Assembly: GCA_032229785.1 (NCBI GenBank)
Contig: JAVTWJ010000059.1
Span: 55,713 to 119,712, forward strand
Length of the DNA stretch: 64,000 nucleotides
Direction: 5' to 3'
Source: Propionibacteriaceae bacterium
GTDB lineage: Bacteria > Actinomycetota > Actinomycetes > Propionibacteriales > Propionibacteriaceae
Shown here one piece after another: positions 46,785 through 54,989 of the stretch. The notes under the pieces were generated by a model that searched no databases, was not told the DNA's origin, and saw only the letters and a list, made by a program, of their open reading frames with translations. Position 1 is the stretch's first letter; each line of letters starts with the position of its first letter. The translations under genes were made by a program, and so were the position numbers.

Positions 46785-47471
46785 TCAACGCGGTAGTGGA
46801 CGCTGGCCCGGGACGGGATCGTCGGGGTGGACGAAGCCGCTGCGGTAGGAGAGCGCCACGGCGGCGGCGCGGTCGCGCGACCCGGTCTTCAACAGGATGC
46901 GGGCGATGTGCGTCTTCACCGTCGCCTCGCTCAGCACCAGATCATCGCGGATCTCGGTGGTGGACAGGCCTGCGGCGAGCATGCGCAGCACCTCCTGCTC
47001 GCGCGGCGTCAGGAGGGCCGCGATGTCCATGGTGACGGCGCCGCGTGGGCGCAGCCGCTCCACCAGGCGCGCCACCGCGGCCGGGTCGAGCCAGGTGTCG
47101 CCCAGGGCCACGCGGCGGACGGCGTCCGCGATCTCGGTGGGCGAGGCGTGCTTGAGCAGGTAGCCGCTCGCGCCGGCCTGAAGCGCATCGACGACGATCC
47201 CCTCGTCGTCGAAGGTGGTCATCACGAGCACGCGGACCAGAGGGTCGGAGCCGGTGTCGGCCACCAGTGCGCGGGTGGCGCTGACGCCGTCCATGCCGGG
47301 CATCCGGATGTCCATCAGCACGACGTCGGGCTTCAGCTGCCGGACGCGGGGGAGGGCCTCGTCGGCCGACGCCGCCTCGCCGACGACGTCGATCTCCGGC
47401 TCGCCGGCCAGCAGCATCGTGATTCCGGCCCGCACCAGCGGCTGATCGTCGACGATGAACACCCTGATCAT
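46785..47471 (-). CDS. NarL/LuxR family two-component response regulator
   Basis: ATG 47471 in ORF 46785..48560 (ATGA overlap with the kinase stop). MIRVFIVDDQPLVRAG...VLMDIRMPGMDG. HTH LTPREQEVLRMLAAGLSTTEIRDDLVLSEATVKTHIARILLK. Confidence 0.92.
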   Translation of the reverse strand: MIRVFIVDDQPLVRAGITMLLAGEPEIDVVGEAASADEALPRVRQLKPDVVLMDIRMPGMDGVSATRALVADTGSDPLVRVLVMTTFDDEGIVVDALQAGASGYLLKHASPTEIADAVRRVALGDTWLDPAAVARLVERLRPRGAVTMDIAALLTPREQEVLRMLAAGLSTTEIRDDLVLSEATVKTHIARILLKTGSRDRAAAVALSYRSGFVHPDDPVPGQRPLPR

Positions 47472-48652
47472 GAGTCCTCCTGGAGGCTCGTCCCACGCCT
47501 CTTCGTGGTCGGCAGATCGGCGTGTAGCAGATAGCCGTCGGCCGTGGGCCCGGACTGCAGCGCACCGCCGATGACGCTGACCCGCTCGCGCAGCCCGATG
47601 AGCCCGAAGCCGCCGCTGGGAGCGCCCGGCTGGGCGATCCCGGCCTTGTTGCGGACGGTGATGGCGAGGCTTTCGGGCAGCCAATCGAGCACCACTTCGA
47701 CGCGCGCTCCCGCGCCCCCGTGCTTCATCACGTTGGACAGCCCTTCCTGCACCACCCGATAGGCGGTGTGCGCGATGCTGGGGTCGAGTTCGACCGGCTC
47801 GCCGGAGCCCTGCGCGACCACGTCCAGCCCTGCCTCTCGCGCCGACTCGATCAGCGCGCCGAGCTGTTCGGTGCCACCGCGGGTCTCGGCTTCCTCGGTC
47901 TCCCTGAGCATGCCCAGCAGCCGGTGCAGTTCGCGCATGCTCTGCTCTGCGGCGCGCTGGATGGTGCCGAGGGCCTGGTCGAGCTCGTCCTTCGTCGTGG
48001 CGTCCCGGGCCAGCCCTGATCGCGCCCCGGCCGCCTGCAGCACGATCCCCGTGAGGCTGTGTGCGACGGTGTCGTGGATCTCGCGGCTGATCCGCAGGCG
48101 CTCGGCGGCGAGCGCCGCGGTCTGAGCGTCCTCCGCCCATTGGCGCTGGGTGGCCAACCGGTGGTCGCCGCGGGCGAGCAGGCGACCCACCAGCCAGGCC
48201 ACCAGCATCAGCAGCGTCCACAAGCCGATGTTGATGCCGAGGAAGAGCACGTCGGGACCGTCCGTGAGCATCCACACCGTGAGGGTGTTGACGGTGATCG
48301 GCACCGCGGAGCCGGCCAGGGCCAGCGCCGCGACCGGCCGCGGCATCATCCACGCCATCCAGAACAGCGCGACGAGATACCCCGCGAAGCTCTGGACCGA
48401 TGGCACCAGCAGTCCACCCAGCGAGAGCAGCCACAGCGCGAGATACCCGGGCGTCGGCGACCGCCAGATCACCAGGCAGGAGTAGCCGAGCACCGCGACG
48501 GAGACGATCAGCACCCGGTCGGCCTGCCCTCCGTCCCAGGTGTGGGCGTCCCCGCCCCACACCCAGAGGTCGACCAGCAGCGCCGCGAGGGCGAGCAGCC
48601 CGCGGACGATCCGTTGGCCGCGAGGCAGGCGGACGGCGTCGATTAGCGACAA
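47468..48652 (-). CDS. Sensor histidine kinase (HisKA_3 type) with a polytopic N-terminus and almost no extracytoplasmic loop
   Basis: C-terminal part of ORF 47468..49249. H-box ERLRISREIHDTVAHSL, N-box QEGLSNVMKHG, GGFGLIGLRERV. Five or six TM helices. No in-frame ATG near the N-terminus: TTG 48652 (overlaps the upstream gene by 10 nt) or GTG 48679. Confidence 0.85.
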   Translation of the reverse strand: MSLIDAVRLPRGQRIVRGLLALAALLVDLWVWGGDAHTWDGGQADRVLIVSVAVLGYSCLVIWRSPTPGYLALWLLSLGGLLVPSVQSFAGYLVALFWMAWMMPRPVAALALAGSAVPITVNTLTVWMLTDGPDVLFLGINIGLWTLLMLVAWLVGRLLARGDHRLATQRQWAEDAQTAALAAERLRISREIHDTVAHSLTGIVLQAAGARSGLARDATTKDELDQALGTIQRAAEQSMRELHRLLGMLRETEEAETRGGTEQLGALIESAREAGLDVVAQGSGEPVELDPSIAHTAYRVVQEGLSNVMKHGGAGARVEVVLDWLPESLAITVRNKAGIAQPGAPSGGFGLIGLRERVSVIGGALQSGPTADGYLLHADLPTTKRRGTSLQEDS

Positions 48653-49038
48653 CCTCTCATCTTCGGGAAGACCAGGCACCAGAACGGGACCGTGGCCTTG
48701 TGGCGGAGGTCGTCGCCCTCCTCGGCGTCCGGGTGGGGCAGGGCGAGCACCGGAAGAACGGACGGCCTCTGGGCGGCGACGCCATCGAGCGTGCCGGCGG
48801 GCAGTTCGAGGGCGGTCCACGGCTGATCGCCCTCGATCTCGGTCGTCGTCTCGTGCACCACCTCGGCCTCGACCCAGCGTTCGCCGATCCGGGCGCTGAG
48901 CGGACGGCTCAGCCCGCCTGCCTGAACCGCGACGGTGTCGGTGCGGATGACCCAGCCGAGCACCCACGCGCCGGCGGCGTCGCGCACCGGAATCTGCTCG
49001 TCGGGGGCGTCGCCTGCGGGCAGTGGGGATGTGGACAT
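48643..49038 (-). CDS. Hypothetical cytoplasmic protein (131 aa), first gene of the two-component operon
   Basis: ORF track 131 aa. GGAGG SD 7 nt upstream of the ATG. Strong G/C third-position bias, whereas the kinase frame here is Arg-rich nonsense. No signal peptide or TM segment. Confidence 0.6.
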   Translation of the reverse strand: MSTSPLPAGDAPDEQIPVRDAAGAWVLGWVIRTDTVAVQAGGLSRPLSARIGERWVEAEVVHETTTEIEGDQPWTALELPAGTLDGVAAQRPSVLPVLALPHPDAEEGDDLRHKATVPFWCLVFPKMRGCR

Positions 49039-49246
49039 CGCAGACCTCCTGGTCGCGTCGATCGTTGAGAGCCTCGCGGGCGGCGCGCCCTGGTTCCTGG
49101 GGAGCTGTCACCGCGAGGGTGTGTCCTATCCTCGCCGACTCCCAGAAGGTCCACCATCCTCCATCCGCGGTACTTGGGATCACCCGCACGGATGACGCGC
49201 CCCCGATTCCCGGTCCCGCGCCCGGGCCGGACAGCCCCCAGCGGGC

Positions 49247-49284
49247 CATGCGGTTGAGCCTCGTCGCCGACGCTCAACCGCATG
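49247..49284 (-). terminator. Hairpin (13-bp perfect stem CATGCGGTTGAGC / GCTCAACCGCATG) downstream of the secreted-peptide operon
   Basis: Lies 30-67 nt beyond the stop at 49314 on the minus strand. Separates the peptide operon from the two-component operon. Confidence 0.5.
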
Positions 49285-49313
49285 CTCCCCGTCTCAGCCC
49301 GGGTCCGGGCCTG

Positions 49314-49565
49314 TCAGGAGGCCGCCCACACGACCGGGACGTCGGGCGTCGGCCAAGGAGAGGGGCCCGGCCACGGGGACGGCCACGGCGACGGGCCGGG
49401 CCAGGGCTCGGGACCGGGCCACGGGCCGGGTGTCGGCCAGGGTTCGCAGCCGGCGTACGGGCAGGGACCGGGGACGGTCTGGGCCGACGCCATGGACGCC
49501 GAGGCGAGCACGAGCCCTCCGGCCAGCACCGCCCCGATCACGACGGAGCGGGCCAGGCGCCTCAT
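49314..49565 (-). CDS. Small secreted Pro-Trp repeat protein (83 aa)
   Basis: ORF track 83 aa. Signal-peptide-like MRRLARSVVIGAVLAGGLVLASASMASA-QTV. Mature part CPYAGCEPWPTPGPWPGPEPWPGPSPWPSPWPGPSPWPTPDVPVVWAAS. ATGA overlap with the upstream gene. High G/C at third positions. Confidence 0.55.
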   Translation of the reverse strand: MRRLARSVVIGAVLAGGLVLASASMASAQTVPGPCPYAGCEPWPTPGPWPGPEPWPGPSPWPSPWPGPSPWPTPDVPVVWAAS

Positions 49566-49786
49566 GGCGCCTCGATCGCGCAGGACGACCCGATGTCGAC
49601 GGTGGCACCCAGGTGGTAGTAGCTGGTGAAGGTGAACCCGGTGTTGGCATTGACGTAGTTGTGGCCGCCGTTCGGGTTCGGCCCGGTGTACACGAGGGTG
49701 TCGGCGAACGCGGCCGGCGCGATGAGCATCAGGCCGGCGGTGACGAGGCCGCCGGCGGCGGCTCGCTTCAGGAATGGGCGAGGCAT
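49562..49786 (-). CDS. Small secreted protein (74 aa), unknown function
   Basis: ATG 49786 in ORF 49562..49861, with AAGGA SD 7 nt upstream. MPRPFLKRAAAGGLVTAGLMLIAPAAFA-DTLVYTGPNPNGGHNYVNANTGFTFTSYYHLGATVDIGSSCAIEAP. High G/C at third positions. Confidence 0.55.
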   Translation of the reverse strand: MPRPFLKRAAAGGLVTAGLMLIAPAAFADTLVYTGPNPNGGHNYVNANTGFTFTSYYHLGATVDIGSSCAIEAP

Positions 49787-49982
49787 GGTCGTCCTTTCGG
49801 TGAGGGAGGCGTCCTGGAGTGGACTGCGTCCAGCCTCGCCGGGGTGCCGCACCCGCCGCATCGTCCGGGCGCGTCAGCTCGACTCGCGCGTCTGTGGTGC
49901 GGGGGATCGGGCCTCGGGATGACGGGGCCGGCCCGGCCTCCCCCCGTCGGTGGTAGACGGCTGCGCCTCACCACACGCGCGA

Positions 49983-50015
49983 GCGGCGCCCTCCCCGCCG
50001 GGGGGAGGGCGCCGC
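49983..50015 (-). terminator. Putative intrinsic terminator after mdh (14-bp stem GCGGCGCCCTCCCC / GGGGAGGGCGCCGC)
   Basis: Lies 22-54 nt beyond the mdh stop on the minus strand. Confidence 0.55.
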
Positions 50016-50036
50016 ACGGCGTCTGCGTCGGAACCG

Positions 50037-51026
50037 TCAGATGAGGCCCAGTTCGGTGACCGCGTTCTTCTCGTCGACCAGCTCGGCGACGGAGGCGTCG
50101 ATCTTGGCGCGGGAGAAGTCGTTGATCTCCAGGCCCTGGACGATCGAGTACGCGCCGTCGCTGACGGTGCAGGGGAAGGAGGAGATGACACCCTCGGCCA
50201 CACCGTAGGAGCCGTCGGACGGCACCGCCATCGACACCCAGTCGCCCTCGGGGGTGCCGAGCACCCAGTCGCGCATGTGCTCGATGGTCGCGTTCGCGGC
50301 CGACGCCGCCGAGGACGAGCCACGGGCGGCGATGATCGCGGCGCCGCGCTTGGCGACGGTCGGGATGAAGTCGTCGGCCAGCCAGGCCTGGTCGTTGACC
50401 GCTTCGGCCGCGTTCTTGCCGTTGACCTCGGCGTGGAACAGGTCGGGGTACTGGGTGGCCGAGTGGTTTCCCCAGATCGTCATCTTCTTGATCTCGGTGA
50501 CGTTCGCGCCCAGCTTGGCGGCCAACTGGGAGATGGCCCGGTTGTGGTCGAGGCGGGTCAGCGCGTTGAAGCGCTCCTGGGGGATGTCGGGGGCGTTGCT
50601 CATGGCGATGAGGGCGTTGGTGTTGGCCGGGTTGCCGGTCACCAGTACCTTGACGTCGTCGGCGGCGACGTCGTTGAGCGCCTTGCCCTGCGCGGTGAAG
50701 ATCGCGCCGTTGGCGCTGAGCAGGTCGCCGCGCTCCATGCCCGCGGTGCGGGGACGGGCGCCGACCAGCATGGCCAGGTTCACGCCGTCGAACACCTTGG
50801 TGGCGTCGTCGCCGATCTGGACCTTGCTCAACAGCGGGAACGCGCAGTCGTCCAGCTCCATGACGACGCCCTCGAGCGCCTTCAGGGCCGGCGTGATCTC
50901 CAGCAGGCGCAACTCGACGGGCTGATCCGGACCCAGCAGCGCGCCGCTGGCGATGCGGAACAGCAGGCTGTAACAGATCTGTCCGGCCGCACCGGTGACC
51001 GCGACCTTGACGGGGGCTTTGCTCAT
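50037..51026 (-). CDS. mdh: Malate dehydrogenase
   Basis: ORF track 329 aa. [23 protein letters not shown]...[20 protein letters not shown] upstream. Confidence 0.95.
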   Translation of the reverse strand: MSKAPVKVAVTGAAGQICYSLLFRIASGALLGPDQPVELRLLEITPALKALEGVVMELDDCAFPLLSKVQIGDDATKVFDGVNLAMLVGARPRTAGMERGDLLSANGAIFTAQGKALNDVAADDVKVLVTGNPANTNALIAMSNAPDIPQERFNALTRLDHNRAISQLAAKLGANVTEIKKMTIWGNHSATQYPDLFHAEVNGKNAAEAVNDQAWLADDFIPTVAKRGAAIIAARGSSSAASAANATIEHMRDWVLGTPEGDWVSMAVPSDGSYGVAEGVISSFPCTVSDGAYSIVQGLEINDFSRAKIDASVAELVDEKNAVTELGLI

Positions 51027-51085
51027 GGTTCCTCCACTCTGAGACGTTGCGAGGCGTCCTTACTCACACCTCACGAACCTAGCAT

Positions 51086-51099
51086 CGCGAGCGCTCGCG
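51086..51099. promoter_or_regulatory. Perfect 14-bp palindrome CGCGAGCGCTCGCG in the mdh / phosphatase divergent region (candidate operator)
   Basis: Read directly from the sequence. Lies 5 nt upstream of a minus-strand TAGGTT hexamer (51081-51076) that could be the mdh -10. Confidence 0.3.
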
Positions 51100-51144
51100 C
51101 ATCACCTTGGGGAGACCGCGGCTCGCCGCCGGTGCGGGCGCGGC

Positions 51145-51150
51145 TAGGGT
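51145..51150 (+). promoter_or_regulatory. Putative -10 box TAGGGT, 7 nt before ATG 51158 (leaderless)
   Basis: TAGGGTgaaacccATG, no SD. Confidence 0.4.
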
Positions 51151-51157
51151 GAAACCC

Positions 51158-51811
51158 ATGCGGCTCTACCTCGTCCGGCACGGACGCACCTCCTCCAACG
51201 TTTCCCGGCTGCTCGACACCGCCATTCCCGGGGCTGATCTCGACGAGGTCGGACGCGCGCAGGCGGCGGGCCTGGTCGACCGCCTCGACGGCCACCACCT
51301 GGAGGCCGTCTACGCGTCCGACCTCGTCCGCACCCAGCAGACGCTCGCACCGCTGGCGTCGGCACGTCGGCTGCCGGTGACCATCCTGGGTGGGCTGCGC
51401 GAGATCCAGGCGGGCGAGGACGAGATGTCCTCGGGGTGGCAGCGCTACGTGGGCACGCTCACTTCCTGGGGCAACGGCGACTTCAGCGCGAAGGTCCCCG
51501 GAGGCGAGGACGCCGACGCCTTCTTCACCCGCTACGACGATGCCGTCGCGCAGATTGCTTCAGCAGCCGCCTCGGCGCTGCTGGTCAGCCACGGCGCGGC
51601 GCTGCGGATGTGGCTGGCGGCTCGCGGTCGGGGCATGTCGGTCGAGGAGATCGTCGGACGCCGCATGGGCAACACGACCGTCGTCACCCTGGAGGGCACC
51701 CCCGACAGCCGGTGGGAGTTCGTGGACTGGGACGAGGTCGACCACCCGGAGGAGTGGCCGGTCGATCCGGGGCTGGACGCGCAGGCGTCCGACGCGCTGA
51801 GCGCGCACTGA
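51158..51811 (+). CDS. Histidine phosphatase family protein (phosphoglycerate mutase-like)
   Basis: ATG 51158 in ORF 51107..51811. MRLYLVRHGRTSSN (RHG motif), second His in LLVSHGAALR. Confidence 0.85.
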   Translation: MRLYLVRHGRTSSNVSRLLDTAIPGADLDEVGRAQAAGLVDRLDGHHLEAVYASDLVRTQQTLAPLASARRLPVTILGGLREIQAGEDEMSSGWQRYVGTLTSWGNGDFSAKVPGGEDADAFFTRYDDAVAQIASAAASALLVSHGAALRMWLAARGRGMSVEEIVGRRMGNTTVVTLEGTPDSRWEFVDWDEVDHPEEWPVDPGLDAQASDALSAH

Positions 51812-51862
51812 CCGACGCCGTGCCCGCGGGTGCTGACCCGCCGGATCCGGTCCGGGCGCAGA

Positions 51863-51891
51863 AAAGGGCTCGCCCGGGGGGCGAGCCCTTT
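51863..51891. terminator. Hairpin between convergent phosphatase and actP genes (12-bp stem AAAGGGCTCGCC / GGCGAGCCCTTT)
   Basis: Flanked by an A-run on one side and TTTCT on the other, so it could act as a terminator in both directions. Confidence 0.6.
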
Positions 51892-51909
51892 CTGGTGACC
51901 GAGCCGGAA

Positions 51910-53538
51910 TCAGTGAGCCATGGCTCCGTCGGCGCCGGCGCCGGTCATCGAGCGCACCTCCATCTCGGCGGCCTTGCCCGGATCCGACACCTCCTTGCTC
52001 AGCACGGTGCCCAGCCAACCCGCGAAGAACGCCAGCGGCACCGAGACGATCGCCGGATTGTCGTAGGGGAACCAGGCGAAGCTGGCGTTCGGGAACATCG
52101 CGCTGGCGAGCGGCTTCGCGGCGCCCATGGGCGTCGAGACGGCCGGCGAGAAGATGATCAGCGTCAGCGCGCTGATCAGGCCGGTGTAGATCGACCAGAG
52201 CGAGCCCTGCGTGTTGAACCGCTTCCAGTACAGCGAGTACAGGATCGAGGGCAGGTTCGCCGACGCGGCCACGGCGAACGCGAGCGCCACCAGGAAGGCG
52301 ATGTTCATGCTCTTGGCGAAGATGCCGCCGAAGATCGCCAGCGCGCCGATGACGAGCACCGTGCTGGTCGCGACCCGCCGTTCGAGCGCGGGATCGGCAT
52401 GGCCGTCCTTCATCACCGAGTTGTAGATGTCGTGCGCGAACGAGGCGGAGGCCGTGATGGTCAGGCCCGCGACGACCGCGAGGATCGTCGCGAACGCCAC
52501 GCCGGCGATGACGGCCAGGAAGATCGTGCCGGGCATGCCTTGTCCGGGGAGGAAGTAGGCCAGCGCCGGGGCGGCCGCGTTGGCCTTGCCGGGCAGTTCG
52601 CTGATGGTCGCCTGGCCCACGATCGCGGCGGCGCCGTAGCCGAGGACGAGGGTGAACAGGTAGAAGGCGCCGATCAGGCCGATGGCCCAGGTCACGGACT
52701 TGCGGGCCTCCTTCGCGGTCGGGACCGTGTAGAAGCGCATGAGCACATGGGGCAGGCCGGCGGTGCCGAGGACGAGGGCGATCGACAGCGAGATGAAGCC
52801 GACCGGGTCCTTGTACTTGTCGCCGGGGGCGAGCATCTGCGGCTTGTCGTTCACGCGAACGGCCTCGCCCATCAGCGCGTCGAGATTGAACCCGAAGATG
52901 CTGAGCACCCAGACGGTCATGATGGCGGCGCCCGCGATGAGCAAGACGGCCTTGATCATCTGCACCCAGGTGGTGCCCTTCATGCCGCCGATCAGCACGT
53001 AGGCGATCATCAGCACGCCGACGACGACGATGACGAGGTTCTGGGCGAACTCTCCGGAGAGGCCGAGCAGCAGTGACACCAGGCCGCCCGCGCCGGCCAT
53101 CTGGGCGAGCAGGTAGAAGAACGAGATGGCCAGGGTCGAGATGGCGGCGGCCAGGCGGACGGGCTTCTGCTTCATGCGGAAGGAGAGCACGTCGGCCATC
53201 GTGTACTTGCCGGTGTTGCGCAGGGGCTCGGCGACGAGCAGCAGGGCGACCAGCCAGGCGACGAGGAAGCCGATGGAGTAGAGCAGGCCGTCGTAGCCGT
53301 TGAAGGCGATGGCGCCGACGATGCCGAGGAAGGAAGCCGCGGACAGGTAGTCGCCCGCGATGGCGAAGCCGTTCTGGGTGCCCGAGAAGGAGGCGCCGCC
53401 GGTGTAGAACGAGCCGGCCGACTTGGCCTGGTTGGCGGTCACCTTGATGACGACGGTCAGCGTGCCGACGACGAACACGGCGAAGACGACGATGTTGAAG
53501 ACGGGATCGCCGAGTTGGATCGCTTCGAGAATGGTCAC
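51910..53538 (-). CDS. actP: Cation/acetate symporter ActP (solute:sodium symporter family)
   Basis: ORF track 542 aa. Polytopic SSF-type protein. Paired with an upstream DUF485-type gene, as in the yjcH-actP arrangement. Confidence 0.85.
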   Translation of the reverse strand: MTILEAIQLGDPVFNIVVFAVFVVGTLTVVIKVTANQAKSAGSFYTGGASFSGTQNGFAIAGDYLSAASFLGIVGAIAFNGYDGLLYSIGFLVAWLVALLLVAEPLRNTGKYTMADVLSFRMKQKPVRLAAAISTLAISFFYLLAQMAGAGGLVSLLLGLSGEFAQNLVIVVVGVLMIAYVLIGGMKGTTWVQMIKAVLLIAGAAIMTVWVLSIFGFNLDALMGEAVRVNDKPQMLAPGDKYKDPVGFISLSIALVLGTAGLPHVLMRFYTVPTAKEARKSVTWAIGLIGAFYLFTLVLGYGAAAIVGQATISELPGKANAAAPALAYFLPGQGMPGTIFLAVIAGVAFATILAVVAGLTITASASFAHDIYNSVMKDGHADPALERRVATSTVLVIGALAIFGGIFAKSMNIAFLVALAFAVAASANLPSILYSLYWKRFNTQGSLWSIYTGLISALTLIIFSPAVSTPMGAAKPLASAMFPNASFAWFPYDNPAIVSVPLAFFAGWLGTVLSKEVSDPGKAAEMEVRSMTGAGADGAMAH

Positions 53539-53927
53539 TTCGCCGTCCCTTCCAGACGCTCACGGATGCGGGACGCCAAGGGGTCGAGCTTGGTGTTGGC
53601 GTGGCGGATGTACAGCCACGTGATCAAGAAGGTCGTGACGAACTGCAGCAGTCCGAGGAAGTGCCCGACGTTGAAGTGTTCGCCGAACAGCGGCGTCGAC
53701 ATGAAGTCCTTGGCGAACACGGACGCGAGGACGTACGCGAAATACCACACGAGGAAGGCGATGGTCATGGGGAAGGCGAAGCCGCGGAACGTCCGCCGGA
53801 GTTCGCCGAACTCGGCCGAATTCTGGACCTCGATGAAGGCTTGTTCCGAGATCTTCGGCTTGGAATGCCCCAGGGGGGGCGTGTGCTCGGCGGGTCCACC
53901 CGGCCGAGGGTTCTTCTGGTCAGACAT
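53535..53927 (-). CDS. DUF485-like small membrane protein (YjcH-like)
   Basis: ATG 53927 in ORF 53535..53954, with GGAGG SD upstream. FIEVQNSAEFGELRRTFRGFAFPMTIAFLVWYFAYVL. Stop overlaps the actP start. Confidence 0.75.
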   Translation of the reverse strand: MSDQKNPRPGGPAEHTPPLGHSKPKISEQAFIEVQNSAEFGELRRTFRGFAFPMTIAFLVWYFAYVLASVFAKDFMSTPLFGEHFNVGHFLGLLQFVTTFLITWLYIRHANTKLDPLASRIRERLEGTAK

Positions 53928-54032
53928 GCAACCTCCGTTGGTCGTGACTCCCATCAGGCTGACGTCGGAACCCTAGGGGCTCGCGGTCGGCGCGACCATC
54001 GGGGATCGGGGGTACGGGGTGATCGTTGCGAA

Positions 54033-54069
54033 GTCGTGATGAAACACGACGTCGAGTATCTCGACGTCG
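54033..54069. other. Overlapping, mutually exclusive hairpins between the purU stop and the DUF485/actP promoter region
   Basis: GTCGTG-atgaaa-CACGAC (54033-54050) shares bases with CGACGTCGAG-tat-CTCGACGTCG (54047-54069, 10-bp arms). Confidence 0.35.
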
Positions 54070-54080
54070 AGTTACTGCGG

Positions 54081-54929
54081 TCAGCGGAAGACGACCGTCC
54101 GCGAGCCGTCGCGGAAGACGCGGTGCTCGGCGACCAGCCGGACGGCTTCGCCCAGCGTCCGGGTCTCCTGTTCCTGGCCGATGGCCGTGAGCTCCGCGAC
54201 GTCGGAGGAGTGGTCCACCCGGGTGACGTTCTGCTCGATGATCGGGCCCTCGTCCAGATCGGAGGTCACGAAGTGCGCGGTCGCGCCGATGAGCTTCACC
54301 CCGCGCTCGTGCGCCTGGCGGTACGGGCTGGCGCCCTTGAACCCCGGCAGGAACGAGTGGTGGATGTTGATCGCGCGTCCACCGAGCCCGGCGCACAGGT
54401 CGGGGGAGAGGATCTGCATGTACCGGGCGAGCACGACCAACTCGACCTGGTCGTCCTCGATCCGCTCGAGCACCTGGCGCTCGAAGTCGGCCTTGGTGCC
54501 GGGCAGCACCACATGATCGGAGAACGGTACGCCGTAGAAGGACGCCAGGGGCGCCAGGTCGGGGTGATTGGCCATGACGCCGGTGATCTCGATCGGCAGC
54601 AGGCCCGACCGGGTGCGGAACAGCAGATCGTTGAGGCAGTGTCCGGCCCTGCTGGCCAGGATCAGGGTGCGGCGCGGGCGTCCGACCGAGTCGAGATGCC
54701 ACTGGGCGTTGAGGTAGGCGGCGAGGGGGGCGAGCGCCTCCTCGAAGCGTGCCCGCTCGAATCCGGACTGCACCTGCACCCGCATGAAGAACCGTCCGGT
54801 GCTCGAACTGAACTGGTGCAGCTCGGTGATGTTCCCCTGCGCGGTCGCGACGGCGCCACTCACCGCGTGGACGATGCCGGGGCGGTCAGCGCATTCGAGG
54901 GTCAGCACCCAGTGGGAGGAAGCGGTCAC
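54081..54929 (-). CDS. purU: Formyltetrahydrofolate deformylase
   Basis: ORF track 282 aa, GTG start. N-terminal ACT-like domain (VLTLECADRPGIVHAVSG) and formyltransferase core (INIHHSFLPGFKGASPY). Confidence 0.92.
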   Translation of the reverse strand: MTASSHWVLTLECADRPGIVHAVSGAVATAQGNITELHQFSSSTGRFFMRVQVQSGFERARFEEALAPLAAYLNAQWHLDSVGRPRRTLILASRAGHCLNDLLFRTRSGLLPIEITGVMANHPDLAPLASFYGVPFSDHVVLPGTKADFERQVLERIEDDQVELVVLARYMQILSPDLCAGLGGRAINIHHSFLPGFKGASPYRQAHERGVKLIGATAHFVTSDLDEGPIIEQNVTRVDHSSDVAELTAIGQEQETRTLGEAVRLVAEHRVFRDGSRTVVFR

Positions 54930-54937
54930 GGGGCCGA

Positions 54938-54943
54938 ATCCTA
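54938..54943 (-). promoter_or_regulatory. Putative -10 box TAGGAT, 8 nt before purU GTG 54929
   Basis: Minus strand reads TAGGATtcggccccGTG. Confidence 0.3.
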
Positions 54944-54989
54944 CCCGGGCGCCCCGAGGACGCCTACGGCATCGACGGGCGCGGCCGGT

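Noticed and set aside
49282-49629. Plus-strand 115-aa ORF with GPGHGDGHGDGPGQGSGPGHGPG repeats, opposite the PWP-repeat gene
   Set aside because: It is the mirror image of the minus-strand Pro-Trp repeats. The minus-strand reading has a signal peptide, ATGA coupling to an upstream SD-preceded gene and a downstream hairpin. The plus-strand ORF has none of these.
51436-53563. Long ORFs 51436..53076 (plus) and 51560..53563 (minus) overlapping actP
   Set aside because: They are alternate-frame and antisense artefacts with Arg/Gly-rich products. The 51910..53538 frame gives a coherent polytopic SSF transporter.
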